DNA of 64,000 nt from Eledone cirrhosa (GCA_964016885.1 OZ024762.1:11160001-11224000); one strand, 5' to 3'; shown: positions 1 through 15,357, counted from the stretch's first letter. Numbers and translations: made by a program. The notes: a model not told the origin generated them from the letters alone.

Positions 1-99
1 CCAATGAGAGAGTCTTGTGTCTATGTTAGAAACCGACTCTCTCTCTATTGGTAAAACTTTGTGAAATTATAAAACCAGAAGAACATACATACATACATA
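1..99 (+). mobile_element. 3' end of R4/Dong-like non-LTR retrotransposon (second copy), ending in (CATA)n
   Basis: Nearly identical to the reverse complement of 62481-62575, which is the end of the 3'UTR of the LINE at 62481-63892. Both copies end ...ccagaagaa-(cata)n. Confidence 0.75.
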
Positions 100-308
100 A
101 ATGATATTTTAATGACTATCTAGAGAAATGTGTTGTTTTATTAATTTAATCGTGTGAAGCAACATGTCAGCCGTTATCTGGACAACACGTAGTAATTGAT
201 AATTCTTCTTTTATATCTACAGACATTAACCAGGTCAATCTTCTGGCCAACATTTTGAGAAAACAAAAAAACAAACGAAGACACTAACAAAAGCACCTGA
301 CGTTCACA

Positions 309-469
309 CAGAACCGTCTTAACAGCATTATAGGCCCCCGGGCAAAGCAGAGCACTGGAGCTCCTACCTACACAACCACTCACAGGAATAAAAATACAAA
401 TGGGCCCCCTATCCTCGTGGGGCCCCCGGACAACTGCCCAGCGTGCCCATGCGTTAAGACGCGGCCCTG
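309..469. mobile_element. hAT-type MITE
   Basis: Imperfect TIRs cagaaccgtcttaac ... gttaagacgcggccctg, flanked by an 8-bp TSD-like pair cgttcaca (301-308) / cgtccaca (470-477). Confidence 0.65.
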
Positions 470-554
470 CGTCCACAAACACACTTTTGATAGTAAATCG
501 CTCTCATGATTTTATTTAAGAACGTTTCATTATTTAGGTTCCGAACATCAATTA

Positions 555-1260
555 AATAATTGTTTCTACTTTTGGCACAAGGCCAGCAATTATCCCAGTA
601 CATTACTGGTACTTTATTTTACCGACCCCTATAAGGATAAAGGGAAAAGTTAACCTCGGCGGGATTTGAACTCAGACCGTAAAGGGACATAACTCTATGC
701 TCTAATATAATTGTTTCTCCTTTTGACACAAGGCCAGCAATTATCCCAGTACATTACTGGTGTTTTATTTTATCGACCCCTGTAAGGATGAAAGGCGGGA
801 TTTGAACTCAGACCATAAAGGGCCGTAACTCTATGCCGCGAAGCATGGCGTCCGACCCTCTACCGATACTGGCAATCCATGGCAACTGCAATTAAATAAT
901 GGTTTCTGACTTAGGCACAAGGTCAGCAATTTTTGGGGAGAAGAAAGTCGATTAAATCGGCCCCAGCGCCTTACTGGTACTTTATTTTATCGACCTTGTG
1001 AGAATGAAAGGCAAAGCTAACTTCGGCGAGATTTGAACTCAAAACGTAAAGGGCGGTAACTCTCTACCACGAAGCAGGGTGTCCGACGCTCTACCGATAC
1101 TGCCAAACCCACCTTCAGATTTAAGCACAAGGCCAAACAATTTTTGGTGAGGGGAAAATCGATTAAATTGACATCAGTGTATTACTGGATGAAAGGCAAA
1201 GCTACCCTCGGTGGGATTCGAACTCAGAACGTAAATGGTCGTGGCTCTATGACGAAACAG
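555..1260 (-). mobile_element. Cluster of about four tRNA-derived SINE copies (SINE family 1)
   Basis: Reverse complement of the recurring unit ggattggcagtatcggtagag...gagttcaaatcccgccgaggttaactttgcctttcatccttacggggtcgataaaataaagtaccag...gccttgtgccaaaagtagaaacaatt, which has a B-box-like gagttcaaatccc. Confidence 0.8.
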
Positions 1261-1634
1261 CGACTCAATAATGGGAAAGTCAGTTATATTAGTAAATCTC
1301 TCCAAATTCTTGATCATTTCCAAAATGATTAAAAAATTACAGACAAAGTCTTTCATGAGAAATTGGTGGAAATATTCTTACGAAAGAGTTAACTGTTGAC
1401 CAATGAAATGCCACGTAAGAACCCGGTACAAAGGAGCTCATACAGTAGAGATTACATATGAAAAACTGAATCAATGAATTTAACTAATCATATCAATTGT
1501 AACAAAAGGGATTGGAGATATTATGTCGAATGGAATCATAGAAAGCAGACGATCAACTCCAGACATGTTTTATTGTCACATTGTAAGTCTACTTTATTCT
1601 TGACTATTTACAGAAAAATGCACGCAATTTAAGG

Positions 1635-3345
<1,711 letters not shown>

Positions 3346-3631
3346 TTAATAAAAACAATGAAATAAAACCAAAGAACAAGTTCCTTATATTAAAAAATTC
3401 ATCATTTTACGATCGTTTCTGGGATGTATGTGTGTGTTGGTATGTATATCATATAGATGTATGTAAAAATCTTACAAATTATCAGAGGAAATATATATAC
3501 CTTCACATATACAAGCCGTCCTCAGAAATGATTATTTTGGTAGATTTGTCTATATATGTATATATATAAATGATAATAGAGAAATTAATGTGAGCAAGAA
3601 GCCAACAGTATTTCATGTATATATATATATA

Positions 3632-4038
3632 TATAATATATAAGATCAAAAGATGGTTAAAGGAGTTCCATGTATTTTATTATGCGCATTTCAAAAACAA
3701 ACATCATCATGCAATAATATTTGTGTTTTCATCAGATAAAACAGGAGAACATGATATGAAGGCTAAAAAACACTTGTGGATAGTGCAGTTTTGAATCAAC
3801 ATACTATCAACTGCACTATCCACAAGTGTTTTTTAGCCTTCATATCATTTTCTCCTGTTTTATCTGATGAAAACACAAATATTATTGCATGATGATGTTT
3901 GTTTTTGAAATAAAATACATGGAACTCCTTTAACCATCTTTTGATCTTATATTATGTATACTCCAGTCCTACAAACTGTAGAGTGCTTCTTATCCGATAT
4001 CTGCATTGTTTTATTGTACTACAATAAAACTCACCTCC

Positions 4039-4042
<4 letters not shown>
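3632..4042. mobile_element. Palindromic hammerhead-bearing repeat, family A (Penelope pLTR-like), copy 1
   Basis: About 150-bp inverted arms (3641-3790 / 3809-3950). Intact HHR on the minus strand at 3673-3743; the plus-arm HHR has a deletion after GAAA. An extra tail at 3961-4042 is on one arm only. (TA)n on both sides. Confidence 0.75.
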
Positions 4043-4087
<45 letters not shown>

Positions 4088-4362
4088 CTGTCGAAACGGC
4101 TGGAGCTCAGCTGTCGTGGTCCTGACTCTTTTCCTATGTGTACATACACACACAAACACACAAACACACACACACATATATATATGTGTGTGTATATGAA
4201 TATTATATATATATGAATGTATGTACTTATATGTGTGTGTGTGTTTGTACACACACACACACACACACACACGCATACAGCGGAGTACTCCTATTTTGAC
4301 TGATAAGCTCTTATATATTCCCATATTTAATGTAAAGTAATTAACATAGATACAGAGAAGCA

Positions 4363-4395
<33 letters not shown>

Positions 4396-4610
4396 GCATA
4401 CACACACACACACATGCATACACACACACACATGCATACACATACACACACAAGCATACACACACACACACATGCATACACACACACACATATGCATACA
4501 CATACACATACATATATGCACATACAGCCAATACGCAGAATAACATCATGCATACACTCACGCTTTCATCTCTCACACACACACATATATATACATATAT
4601 ATACATATAT

Positions 4611-4663
<53 letters not shown>

Positions 4664-4818
4664 CACACACACTCATACACATATTAAAACTGGAACGTGA
4701 CATATCGAAAGAGATATGTATATTACGTCTCTCTCACTCTCTCTGTCTGTGTCTCTCTCCCTCTCTCTCTCTGTCTCTGTCTCTATCTCTCTCTGTCTCT
4801 CTCTCTGTCTCTCTCTCA

Positions 4819-4970
<152 letters not shown>

Positions 4971-5550
4971 CGTAGTTAAGAAAGCCACAACAATGCAGAG
5001 GGAAATCTCGAGGTAGGGAGTGAATGATAGATAGGAGAAACAGGTGAAAGTGAAAATTGAGAGAGAGACAAAGATGAAAACAAAACAAAGGTAGAAGGGT
5101 TACCGTAGTGGAGATTTAATCCCAATATTTCGGGCTCACGCCCATCAACGGGGGAAAGTTCCAAAAGGGGGGGAAACAGGCCAAGCGGAGAAAGTTGTGA
5201 TGTCGTTAAGACAGGAATGCCGTTATTCGGTAATTACAGAGGCAATTACAGAGGCAATTACAGATTACAGAGGCAATAAACATAAAAGAATTACAACCAA
5301 AATTAAATAGAAAATATGAGTGGAACAGCAACATCACAACTTACAATTAAGGACAAAATGAAAACACACACACGCATAGAACAAACAACCAACCAGTAAC
5401 ATGTAAATAAACAAATAAATAAATGAACATAAACACACACAGACACCCGGATGTGGCGCATGCGCAGACTGAGCACACAACACACACACAGAAACAAAAT
5501 GGCGTAGGACAGAACAAAGGAGAGGCACAGAAACAAAGAAAGGAATCCCC

Positions 5551-5595
5551 AGTCACTGAAGAGGTCACAGAGTGTGTGACGAAAGAACTATGGCT
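5551..5595 (+). ncRNA. Hammerhead-like motif with an extra nucleotide after A9
   Basis: agtca-CTGAAGA-g-gtcaca gagtg tgtgac-GAAA-gaac-TA-tggct. Related degenerate copies at about 12270-12312 (+) and 34630-34672 (-). Confidence 0.55.
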
Positions 5596-6378
5596 ATATA
5601 TAAACAACTATCTGGTTGTGGAACCAACCAACCAATCAGAAATTTATAAATTTATAAATTTATTATAAATTTATTATAATAAATTGAAGTGAAAGCAACT
5701 GGTGCGTGTGTTTCTTATTGGCAACATGACCCTCCCAAAGTATAACAATATACATATATATATATATATACATAAAATTACAAGAAACGAAGCGAGCCGT
5801 GTGGTTACTGTAAACAAAGTTTAAGATGGTAATATGGACGGACCAAGAGAAGAACCCCTTCATCAGCTGTTAACTGCAGATCATAGATGTTTCGGCGCTT
5901 AAAACAGGACATCGAAATCGATCAGCAGCGCGCCCAAGGCTTTTTATCCATGAGGGAAAGAAAAGAAAAAATAGCGAGGAGAAAGGAAGAGAGAGAAAAA
6001 AGGAAAGAGAGAAAAACTAAGTAATCAAACCGAATGAGGGGGGGGGGGGGGTACAGAGAAATGGAATATGCAAGTGAGTAACCGAGGAGAAAATAGAATA
6101 AGTTATAACGAACCGATTAGACTTAAGTATTGTGGTGCAATAACTAGGAGCGATATAGTTCCGTGCGATCTCAACAGAGTGAGGGTAGAGAGAGAGAGAG
6201 AGAGAGAGAGAAAGACGGAGCAACCGGAAGTGAGAGGGAGAAGGGAACGGGAGATAATCCAAAAGAGTTTTACAACGTGTGTGAAACATGTCGTAAATAT
6301 ATATATACATGTCAAAATATATATATATATAGGTAGAACACTGGAAGGTAATATCCGTTGTGGTAGAGCACTCAGTTC

Positions 6379-6473
<95 letters not shown>

Positions 6474-7315
6474 GTGGGTGTGTGTGAATGTATACTGTTA
6501 GCAGATATACATCATTAGGTATATAATATAGACACGGTGCATAATATTATCATATTATTTCATATACAATATAATCAGGTGTATATGATATCATATTATC
6601 TGATATATATTATCATTTCATATGTAACATCGTGAGACCTCACTTGTTCTGTTATCAATAATAGAAAACAGAAGCGTAGCGTTCAAATATTGATTCACGT
6701 CAAACGGTATCGATTTTAATGATCTAATATTGATTTTAATTATCTATTATTGATTTCTTATATAGGTACAGAGTCACACGTCAACCAATCAATCGATGAA
6801 CTAAGAACCTAAAGAGATTTAACCAAATACTGAAAGAACTTTTATTTACAACTTTACCTCTTCTGTTTACCGACATTAGAGAGTGACAAGGAATTGAAAG
6901 ATCTGATGTTATTGCCTTTTCCCATTGATTAAATCACCTTACCAAAAGATTATCGTTGAATTATTTCGATTCTCTGTTTCAGAATTATTGGTAAAAGACG
7001 TTCATGTTTATCGATTATAAATTGTACCAATGTTCAGTAAAATATAAATGTGCCAAAGACATCGTGACTATAATTTTGAATGACCACAACTCATTCAAAT
7101 TGATATCCACTCTTGAGACCAAATAAACATTTTAGCTAATTAAACTATGATAAAAAAATCGACAGATTTATCAGAAAAAAGAAATAATTTATTAATCTGC
7201 TGCAGTTGTCTTTAGTTTTGGGTTTAAATTTACAGAACTTACATCACCCGTGTATGAATATATCGTCTGATTCTAAATATCAAGGACATTGTAATAAACA
7301 TTAGAAGTATACAAA

Positions 7316-8791
7316 ATGTCGGCATTTAAGAGCTTTGTTAACCAATGTACTTCATGTCGATGGAAGTTAGGTTATGCGTGTTGTGTAGCTTTTCTACTGA
7401 TGCAATCATTAAGAGTTGATCTAAGTATGGCCTTTGTTTGCATGTTCAAAACACCCAATCGTACAACTGATGATGAAGTCAATTTGACACGAAACAACGG
7501 ACATTGTTCTGGATCAGAAAACACTACGAAAACCCACGATTTTGAAGGAGAAATCGAATGGAGTGATACCTTACAATCAAATATTTTGGCTGGTTACTTC
7601 TATGGTTATATTGCAACTAATATTTTGGGTGGTGTATTGGCAGACAGATATGGCGGAAAAAGAATTCTAGGAGGTTCTATTCTCTCGGCAGCAATTGTGA
7701 CGTTTCTTTACCCAAGTTTATCTCGAATAAGTGGTTACTTTACGCTTGCCTTAAGGATAATAACAGGTTTGGTATCTGGGCCGATATCACCAGCAATTCA
7801 GTCCCTATGTGGACGCTGGGCCCCTCCACAAGAAATTAGCTCTTTGATTGGGTTTATATTTGCTGGTCAAATTCTAGGTAATATTTTAGGTCTTTCAATA
7901 TCTGGTTACCTTTGTGTGTACGGATTTGACAACGGGTGGGGTTCTATATTTTATGTATTTGGTGGAATATCATTTGTGTTTAGTCTTTTGTGGTTTTATG
8001 TCGTTCATGATACACCAGATCACCATCCTTCTATTAAAGAAAAAGAACGATCTTACTTAAACCGGACAATACTAAGTAAAAAAGCCGTGAAGAAAGTACC
8101 TTGGCGAGAAATACTTACTTCACCTGCAGTTTGGGCCATCAATATCGGATTGTTTTCTTATGGCTGGACGAATATATCTTTCCAGGTATTGCTACCTTTA
8201 TACATGAAAGAAGCCTTAAATGTTAATACAACATCCAACGGAATAATGTCCTCAGCTCCATCAGTTGGACAAATCATTGCTTTGCCGTTGTGTGGGAAAT
8301 TTGCAGACATTTTACGTTCAAAAAAATATTTATCAACTCGTTCAGTGAGAGTTTTATTCCAAACTATTTCTATGATTGGTTCAGCATGTCTATTGATTGG
8401 CATAGGATTTTTCAGATGTGACCATATCGTTCTGATAGGTGTCCTCTTATTTATAAGTGGTATAACACTATCATTTGGCAGTGGTGGTGTCTTAGCTAAT
8501 AACAGTGATATTGCTCCAAGTTATGCAGGTATTATATTTGGAATTGCTAATACATTTGCTTCAGTAGCCGGCTGTGTTAGTTCTTTATCTACAAAAGCTC
8601 TAACACCAAACGGTACACAGGAAGAATGGCAGATCGTGTTGGCAATATGTGCAGCTGTTTGTGTATTTGGTGCAATAATGTTTGCAATATTGGCAAGGGC
8701 AGAAATCCAAGATTGGGCAAGTTCACAGAGATCTCGAGCAGCTATTCACCCTGTTCATTCAACTGAAACAAATATACACCAAATGGTTTAG
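7316..8791 (+). CDS. SLC17A5-like: SLC17/sialin-like MFS transporter, paralog 1 (491 aa, uninterrupted CDS)
   Basis: Motifs [66 protein letters not shown] and EEWQIV, with about 12 hydrophobic segments. In-frame TAA 21 nt upstream of the ATG. Confidence 0.95.
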   Translation: MSAFKSFVNQCTSCRWKLGYACCVAFLLMQSLRVDLSMAFVCMFKTPNRTTDDEVNLTRNNGHCSGSENTTKTHDFEGEIEWSDTLQSNILAGYFYGYIATNILGGVLADRYGGKRILGGSILSAAIVTFLYPSLSRISGYFTLALRIITGLVSGPISPAIQSLCGRWAPPQEISSLIGFIFAGQILGNILGLSISGYLCVYGFDNGWGSIFYVFGGISFVFSLLWFYVVHDTPDHHPSIKEKERSYLNRTILSKKAVKKVPWREILTSPAVWAINIGLFSYGWTNISFQVLLPLYMKEALNVNTTSNGIMSSAPSVGQIIALPLCGKFADILRSKKYLSTRSVRVLFQTISMIGSACLLIGIGFFRCDHIVLIGVLLFISGITLSFGSGGVLANNSDIAPSYAGIIFGIANTFASVAGCVSSLSTKALTPNGTQEEWQIVLAICAAVCVFGAIMFAILARAEIQDWASSQRSRAAIHPVHSTETNIHQMV

Positions 8792-9000
8792 TAATTTCGC
8801 TGAATTTTCACCGTGACATTTTTATCATCCACCAATGCATAAATGTATGTGCATTTTCTCCTCAACATTTATATTAACAATGAAGCTCTGAATAGAATTG
8901 TTCGTCTCTAAATGGAGAAGGTACAGAACATTTAAAAATAAATCTAAATCCATTCAACCGCTTTCGTCGTGTTTTTTCTTTCAACTGTGAATTATAATGA

Positions 9001-9006
9001 AATAAA
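9001..9006 (+). promoter_or_regulatory. Candidate polyadenylation signal for paralog 1
   Basis: AATAAA about 210 nt downstream of the stop codon. Confidence 0.35.
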
Positions 9007-9723
9007 GTTTATGCTTTGACTAACATAGTGTATATATTTGATCAATATATATTTTAATTTGTTGGTAATTAGAGCGTGTAAAAGTAATTCTTACTAGTAA
9101 AATAAACACGCGTATACACACACTCACACATACATACACAAACTGTTGCCTTCACTCTACATTTATATATTTCTTGATGTTTGTGACCTGGTTACTAACA
9201 CAGTCCCATTGCAACTAATCACCTGGAATTGAAACATATTGATGGCTATAAGGGCAACAGGTTTTGTGTTTTTCAATGACTAAAATGTGATATAATTGTT
9301 TTATTTTCAACACACAATCTCAGATCAAGTCATTTGCCAGACATGTACAACTGTAGCTAAAATGACTCTTCCATGATGTAATTGCTTTAGTTTCAGTACA
9401 CAGTCTCAGATTGATATGAAGAACTGAAAAAGAAAATCCCTTAAAAATGACAAACCTTATTTTGTTTCACTCTGAACTCTATAGAGGTACATTTTCTGCA
9501 ACCTCTTTGAAGTTATCTGAGCGATTTAGTTCAATAAAAATCTATTCGATTTTAATGAAGTATGTATGCTTCGCTTCAAGGATCGACTTGTAGAAATAGC
9601 TAAGCAGTTCAGCCGCGAATAGTGACAAAAACGACGACAATAATAACAGTGACAACAATAACAAAAATTGTTTCTTTATTCGCTACAAGTGCACAGAAGG
9701 AGAAACATCACAAAGACGAAAAC

Positions 9724-9789
<66 letters not shown>

Positions 9790-9965
9790 AATGTATGTAT
9801 AGTATATTTGGCAATATACTGTATGTTTAATTAAAAACATTTAGAAGACCATTCGCTATGAGTTTTAAAGTAGTGACTATGTCTCTTACTTGTTCTCGGT
9901 AAATATATATATATATATATATACAATATATTAATAAATGGAAACTATATTTATAAAACCATAAT

Positions 9966-10033
9966 TATTTTATTATATATATTTCAAGGGCGACCAAGGT
10001 AAATTATGGTGCGCTTTCATCAGATAAAATACA
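9966..10033 (-). ncRNA. Hammerhead ribozyme motif (family G)
   Basis: Minus strand: tattttat-CTGATGA-aagcgcacca..tggtcgccctt-GAAA-tatata-TA-ataaaata. Confidence 0.75.
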
Positions 10034-10383
10034 GATGTTTTATAAATAAATATTGACATACCCGGAAAAAAGACAACCTTAACGGTTGAAGTTCACTTTA
10101 TATCAGTAATAACATTTTTAAGCTTGTTGAATACCATCAAATTAAATATAACCTCTGCATATATATATATATATAGTATAAAAAAACGAAAACTCAGTGA
10201 TGCAGCTGGACTCAGTTTATTGCGTGTTACAATTGTTTCGCCGGCAGCTCGAGATGCATCACTGTCCAGATGCATCACTGATTTTTCGTTTTTTTTTATA
10301 CTATCCACACTGTACTCTGTATGAATATTGAGTGTTAATTTTGGCATACCGCCTATGGAAGCACCATAGCTACCATTATACAG

Positions 10384-10424
<41 letters not shown>

Positions 10425-10485
10425 CACATATGTATGTGTGTGCCTACATATACATATATATAATTATATATATATATATATATAA

Positions 10486-10584
<99 letters not shown>

Positions 10585-10666
10585 CATATATATATATATA
10601 CGCATATATGTATGTATGCACACATATGTTTTATAAATATAGTTTCCATGTATTTAATATCATTGA

Positions 10667-10700
<34 letters not shown>

Positions 10701-10943
10701 GTGCATTTTAATTTGCAGACGCCAACTTAATATGGCGAATGCTATTGGTGAATTCTTTATCACGCCAATTTTAAAAATGACTAGACATGTCCTGCATCAG
10801 GATGGCGCCCCTACAATTCTACTAGCAGTTAAGGACAATTTACATCTACTTTTTAAAGATTACACGATTCTTTGAGGTATTTTAAAGATTACACGATTCT
10901 TTAAGTATTTGATTTCAAAATATTTTGATAGTTTATATAGAGA

Positions 10944-11028
<85 letters not shown>

Positions 11029-11244
11029 CTAGCAAAAGAGCCCGTTGTTGCCGGGCATACATTTCGCCTTTGTCAATGAAGAACCCTCTCTCCTCAATAT
11101 GGCCGTCTTTAAATAGCCCCAGAATTCTGCTATTTTAAGGAAGAACAAGCTCCGAGCCTTAAATAACCTATGTATCAAATTTGAATTAAATGGGATGGAA
11201 ATTGTGGAAATGCATTGCCAGCATACAAACGGTAAGACATTTTC

Positions 11245-11250
<6 letters not shown>
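11029..11250 (-). mobile_element. Non-autonomous Helitron-like element
   Basis: The minus strand ends gcccg-gcaacaa-cgggc-tcttttg-CTAG followed by T, i.e. a hairpin plus CTRR terminus. Embedded in (TA)n. Confidence 0.55.
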
Positions 11251-11287
<37 letters not shown>

Positions 11288-11595
11288 GTGTGTATATATA
11301 TATATATGGTTGTATATGTATAATATGACTTGGCATGACTTGGCAAGCTATTTAGAACTCTGGTTTAACCGCTTTACTTCCCTCCGAAGAAGAGATATTA
11401 TCTCGAAAATTAAGGACATTTAAATAAATCTAAGGTAAAAGACTAATTGTCAACAATATCTTTTGCATTTGCATTCTTTATTCTATGTCCATACCTGCAT
11501 TGTTTTGGCTTTATTATACATATACAAACGTTTATACCTCATTACACAATGCTTCAAGTGAACTATAACTTCCTCCTATATATATATATATATGC

Positions 11596-11641
<46 letters not shown>

Positions 11642-11777
11642 GTATATATATCTATCCAGGGAGTGTACTGTGGAGTTACTGTAGGTTCATCCGATGAGCA
11701 CTCGATGTTTAGGTTCACTTCTTTGTCGAGGTGTAGAGCTAGATAGAGTGTATTATAGTGAAATTACAATTATAAGG

Positions 11778-11863
11778 GGACTGACGAGCCGTGGATTACA
11801 GAGTCGGGCTAGATCGATACAGATCGAACCTTGAGCTGATCAGTGGCGAAACGCGCGCATCAC
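11778..11863 (+). ncRNA. Hammerhead-like motif with long stem II insertion
   Basis: CTGACGA(11781-87)-gcc..60 nt..ggc-GAAA-cgcgcg. The sister copy at 27137-27221 (-) reads ggt-CCGACGA..GAAA-cgcgcg-TC-acc. Confidence 0.5.
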
Positions 11864-12504
11864 CAACCAATAAACGTAATGAAGGAGTAACCACTCGTCC
11901 TTGTTTTATTTTACTATATATATATATATTTATACATTATCAGGGCGACCGAGACTACGTGATTGTGATTATAAAGTTATATAATATATGCATAAAATAT
12001 CTGACTTAAATTTGTTTTATTTCTCGATTATTATCTTTTGAGGACAAGGTTTTCTATGTTTTGAGAGGTGGCGCTGAAGTATGTGTACAACTAAGTGACA
12101 ATAAAATTAGATATATAAAATAAACATGAATCTGTTTAACAAGGTTTTCGATATTAAAATGGTGTGTTGAAACAAATATTGCTATATTTTGGGAGGGTCA
12201 TGTTGTTATAATATTGCCAGAAATATCTAAGAAAGCATTTCAGCAATACACCGGGAGGAAACATAATAGTATCATTGATGGTGTCACAGGTGTGTGACGA
12301 AAGAACTCTGAGAGACTATATTTATGCGTACATTTTTAACTGTTGGTAAACTAATGATAAACATTGATTACCAGCTAAATTAACTATAGGGATATAAAAT
12401 ATACGGAAGCGAAAACCAACCCAAACCAAAGAGTGAGTGTGTATGATTATATATTTTTGGCAATATTATAACAATATGACCCTCCCTAAATATAACGATA
12501 TAAA

Positions 12505-13980
12505 CTAAACATTTTTATTTATATGTGTTTCAGTTGAATGAACAGGGTGAACAACTGTTCGAGATTCGTGTGCAATTGCCCAGTCTTGGATGTCTGCTCT
12601 TGCCAATGTGGCAAACATTATTGCACCAAATACACTAACAGCTGCAAACAAGGCCAACACGATCTGCCATTCTTCATGTGTACCGTTTGGAGTTAGAGCT
12701 TTCGCAGATAAAGAACTAACACTACCGGCTATTGCGGAAAATCCGTTGGCAATCCCATAAATGACACCAGCATACATTGGAGCGATGTCAATGTTGTTCA
12801 CCAAAACCCCACCAATGCCTAATGATAGTGTTATACCACTTATAAATAAGAGGACACCTATCAGAACGATATGGTCACACCTGACAAATCCTATACCAAT
12901 CAATAGACATGCTGAACCAATCAGAGAACTAGTTTGGAATAAAACTCTCAATGAACGAGTTGATATATAATTTTTTGAAGATAGAATATCTGCAAATTTC
13001 CCACACAACGGTAAAGCAATGATTTGTCCAACTGATGGAGCTGAGGACATTAATCCGTTGGATGTATTTTTGACATTTAAGGCTTCTTTCATGTATAGAG
13101 GTAGCAATACCTGGAAAGAAAACTCTATCCAGTTATAGGCAAATAAAGTCAAGTTGATGGCCCAAACTGCAGGTGAAAAAAACAACCGTCGCCAAGGTAT
13201 GGTTTTAACACGTTTTCCACAGAATATAGAACTGTTTAAGAAAGAACGTTCTTCTTCATTGATGGTTGGGTGGAGGTCTGGTGTATCGTAAACGACATGA
13301 AACCACAAAAAACTAAACAGCAACGATATTCCACCAAATATATAAAATATAGAACCCCAGCCGTTGTCAAATCCATATTTACAAAGGTAACCAGATACTG
13401 AAAATCCTATAATATTTCCTAGAATTTGTCCAGAAAATAAAACCCCAACAAAAGAACTAATTTCTTGTGGAGGGGCCCAACGTTTGAATATAGAATAAAA
13501 TGCTGGACACATAGGTGCTGATACCAAACCTGTTAATATCCTTAAGACAAGAGTAAAGTAACCACTTATTCGAGATAAACTTGGCAGAACAATGGTCACA
13601 ATTGATGCCGAGATAATAGAACATCCTAGAACTTTTTTCCCGCCATATCTGTTTGCCAATGCACCACCTACCACATTAGTTGCAATATAACCATAGAAGT
13701 AACCAGCCAAAATATTTGATTGTAAGGTATTACTCCATTCAAGCTCTCCTTCAAAATCTTGGTTTTTCGTATTGTTTTCTGATCCAGAACAATGTTCGTT
13801 GTTTCGTGTCAAATTGACTTCCTCATCAGTTGTACGATTGGGTGTTTTCACCATACAAACAAAGGCCATACTTAGGTCAACTCTTAGAATTTGTAGCAGA
13901 AGTAAAGCAGTGGTACAAGTGTAACATAACCTCCATCGATATGAAGTATATTGGTTAATAAAGCTCTTAAATCCCGACAT
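12505..13980 (-). CDS. SLC17A5-like: SLC17/sialin-like MFS transporter, paralog 2 (491 aa)
   Basis: Full-length ORF with the same SLC17 motifs ([33 protein letters not shown]). Confidence 0.95.
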   Translation of the reverse strand: MSGFKSFINQYTSYRWRLCYTCTTALLLLQILRVDLSMAFVCMVKTPNRTTDEEVNLTRNNEHCSGSENNTKNQDFEGELEWSNTLQSNILAGYFYGYIATNVVGGALANRYGGKKVLGCSIISASIVTIVLPSLSRISGYFTLVLRILTGLVSAPMCPAFYSIFKRWAPPQEISSFVGVLFSGQILGNIIGFSVSGYLCKYGFDNGWGSIFYIFGGISLLFSFLWFHVVYDTPDLHPTINEEERSFLNSSIFCGKRVKTIPWRRLFFSPAVWAINLTLFAYNWIEFSFQVLLPLYMKEALNVKNTSNGLMSSAPSVGQIIALPLCGKFADILSSKNYISTRSLRVLFQTSSLIGSACLLIGIGFVRCDHIVLIGVLLFISGITLSLGIGGVLVNNIDIAPMYAGVIYGIANGFSAIAGSVSSLSAKALTPNGTHEEWQIVLALFAAVSVFGAIMFATLARADIQDWAIAHESRTVVHPVHSTETHINKNV

Positions 13981-15039
13981 TTTGTATACTTTCTGGTTCC
14001 TAGCAGCGCTTCACGGTGACAAGGCGGATCACGACGGATTCTGTGCGCAGGGAGGGTCGTCAGAACCAACCGTGGAGATGGGATATTTTTTAAAGTGGGG
14101 TGGAATGTAGATTCATGTAGATTCCTGCATTCTCTTATAAACTGTATTGATTGGGAAAATGTAGCGTAAGCACGTCTTTTAATTCCTTGACTGTTTATTG
14201 TAAATATGAGTTCATACACAAGAAACGGTTGAAAGATATATGATAACTGACTTGTTAATAAACGACATCAGCTCAATTCTAGTCGGTTCTTTGATTTATC
14301 TAAATGTTGTTGTATTTCTTATATTAGTTCATTGTAAATGAATGTCGGCTGGTCCTTGTGATATAGTTTTTATTCCATATGAAGCCAGTCCATGTAAATT
14401 AATCCTTATCCTCTCCTCTAAAATGTAGAAGAAACTGCAGAACATCCAGGTTTGAGAAATATTATTGCTATCATAAAGGTTGGTTAGTAATATTGAGACG
14501 TGCTTTCCAGAGTTCGATAGGTCTCTTTAGGTTCTTAATGCAGGTAAGAATTCATCGATTGTTCCTGAGATGTGTGCCTCTGTACCAATATATGAAATCA
14601 ATAATAGATCAATAATATCAATGTTATAACCTTTCTTTATGGTTTTATTTATTGATTAAATAAAAAATAAAGTCATGTACATCTCATGATGAATGACACG
14701 ATAATACAACTGGTATTATTTTACACTTTTTACTATATTATGATATAATACGATATTATACACTTTATAACACTATATACCTAATAATATACACCTGGTT
14801 GTGAAGGCGCATGGCTTACTGGTTAGGGCATTGGGCTTGCAATCGGGAGGTTGTGTGTTCTTAAGCAAGACACTTTATTTCACCTTGTTTCGGTTCACCC
14901 AGTTGTAGAAATGAGTTGCGACGTCACTGGTGCCAAGTCGTATCATATATAGTGTACATATATATATATATATATACATATATAGAATATTTTCGTATCG
15001 TGAGAGAGTAGAGGTTTAAAGGGATAAGCGATACATATA

Positions 15040-15357
15040 GTTAAATGAGTTCCATGTATTTTATTATGCGCATTTCAAAAACAAATATCATCATGCAATA
15101 ACATTTGTGTTTTCATCAGATAAAATAGGAAGACATGATATGAAGGTTAAAAACACTTGTGGATAGTGCAGTTTTAAATCAACATATGATATGTTGATTT
15201 AAAACTGTACTATCCACAAGTGTTTTTAACCTTCATATCATGTCTTCCTATTTTATCTGATGAAAACACAAATGTTATTGCATGATGATATTTGTTTTTG
15301 AAATGCGCATAATAAAATACATGGAACTCATTTAACCATCTTTTGATCTTATATATT
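15040..15357. mobile_element. Palindromic hammerhead repeat, family A, copy 2
   Basis: Inverted arms centred near 15187. HHRs at 15057-15127 (-) and 15249-15319 (+): tattttat-CTGATGA-aaacacaaat..atttgttttt-GAAA-tgcgca-TA-ataaaata. Confidence 0.8.

Noticed and set aside
13995-14200. Possible Penelope-derived coding fragment upstream of paralog 2
   Set aside because: Only a short TFHPTL resemblance; insufficient without a search.
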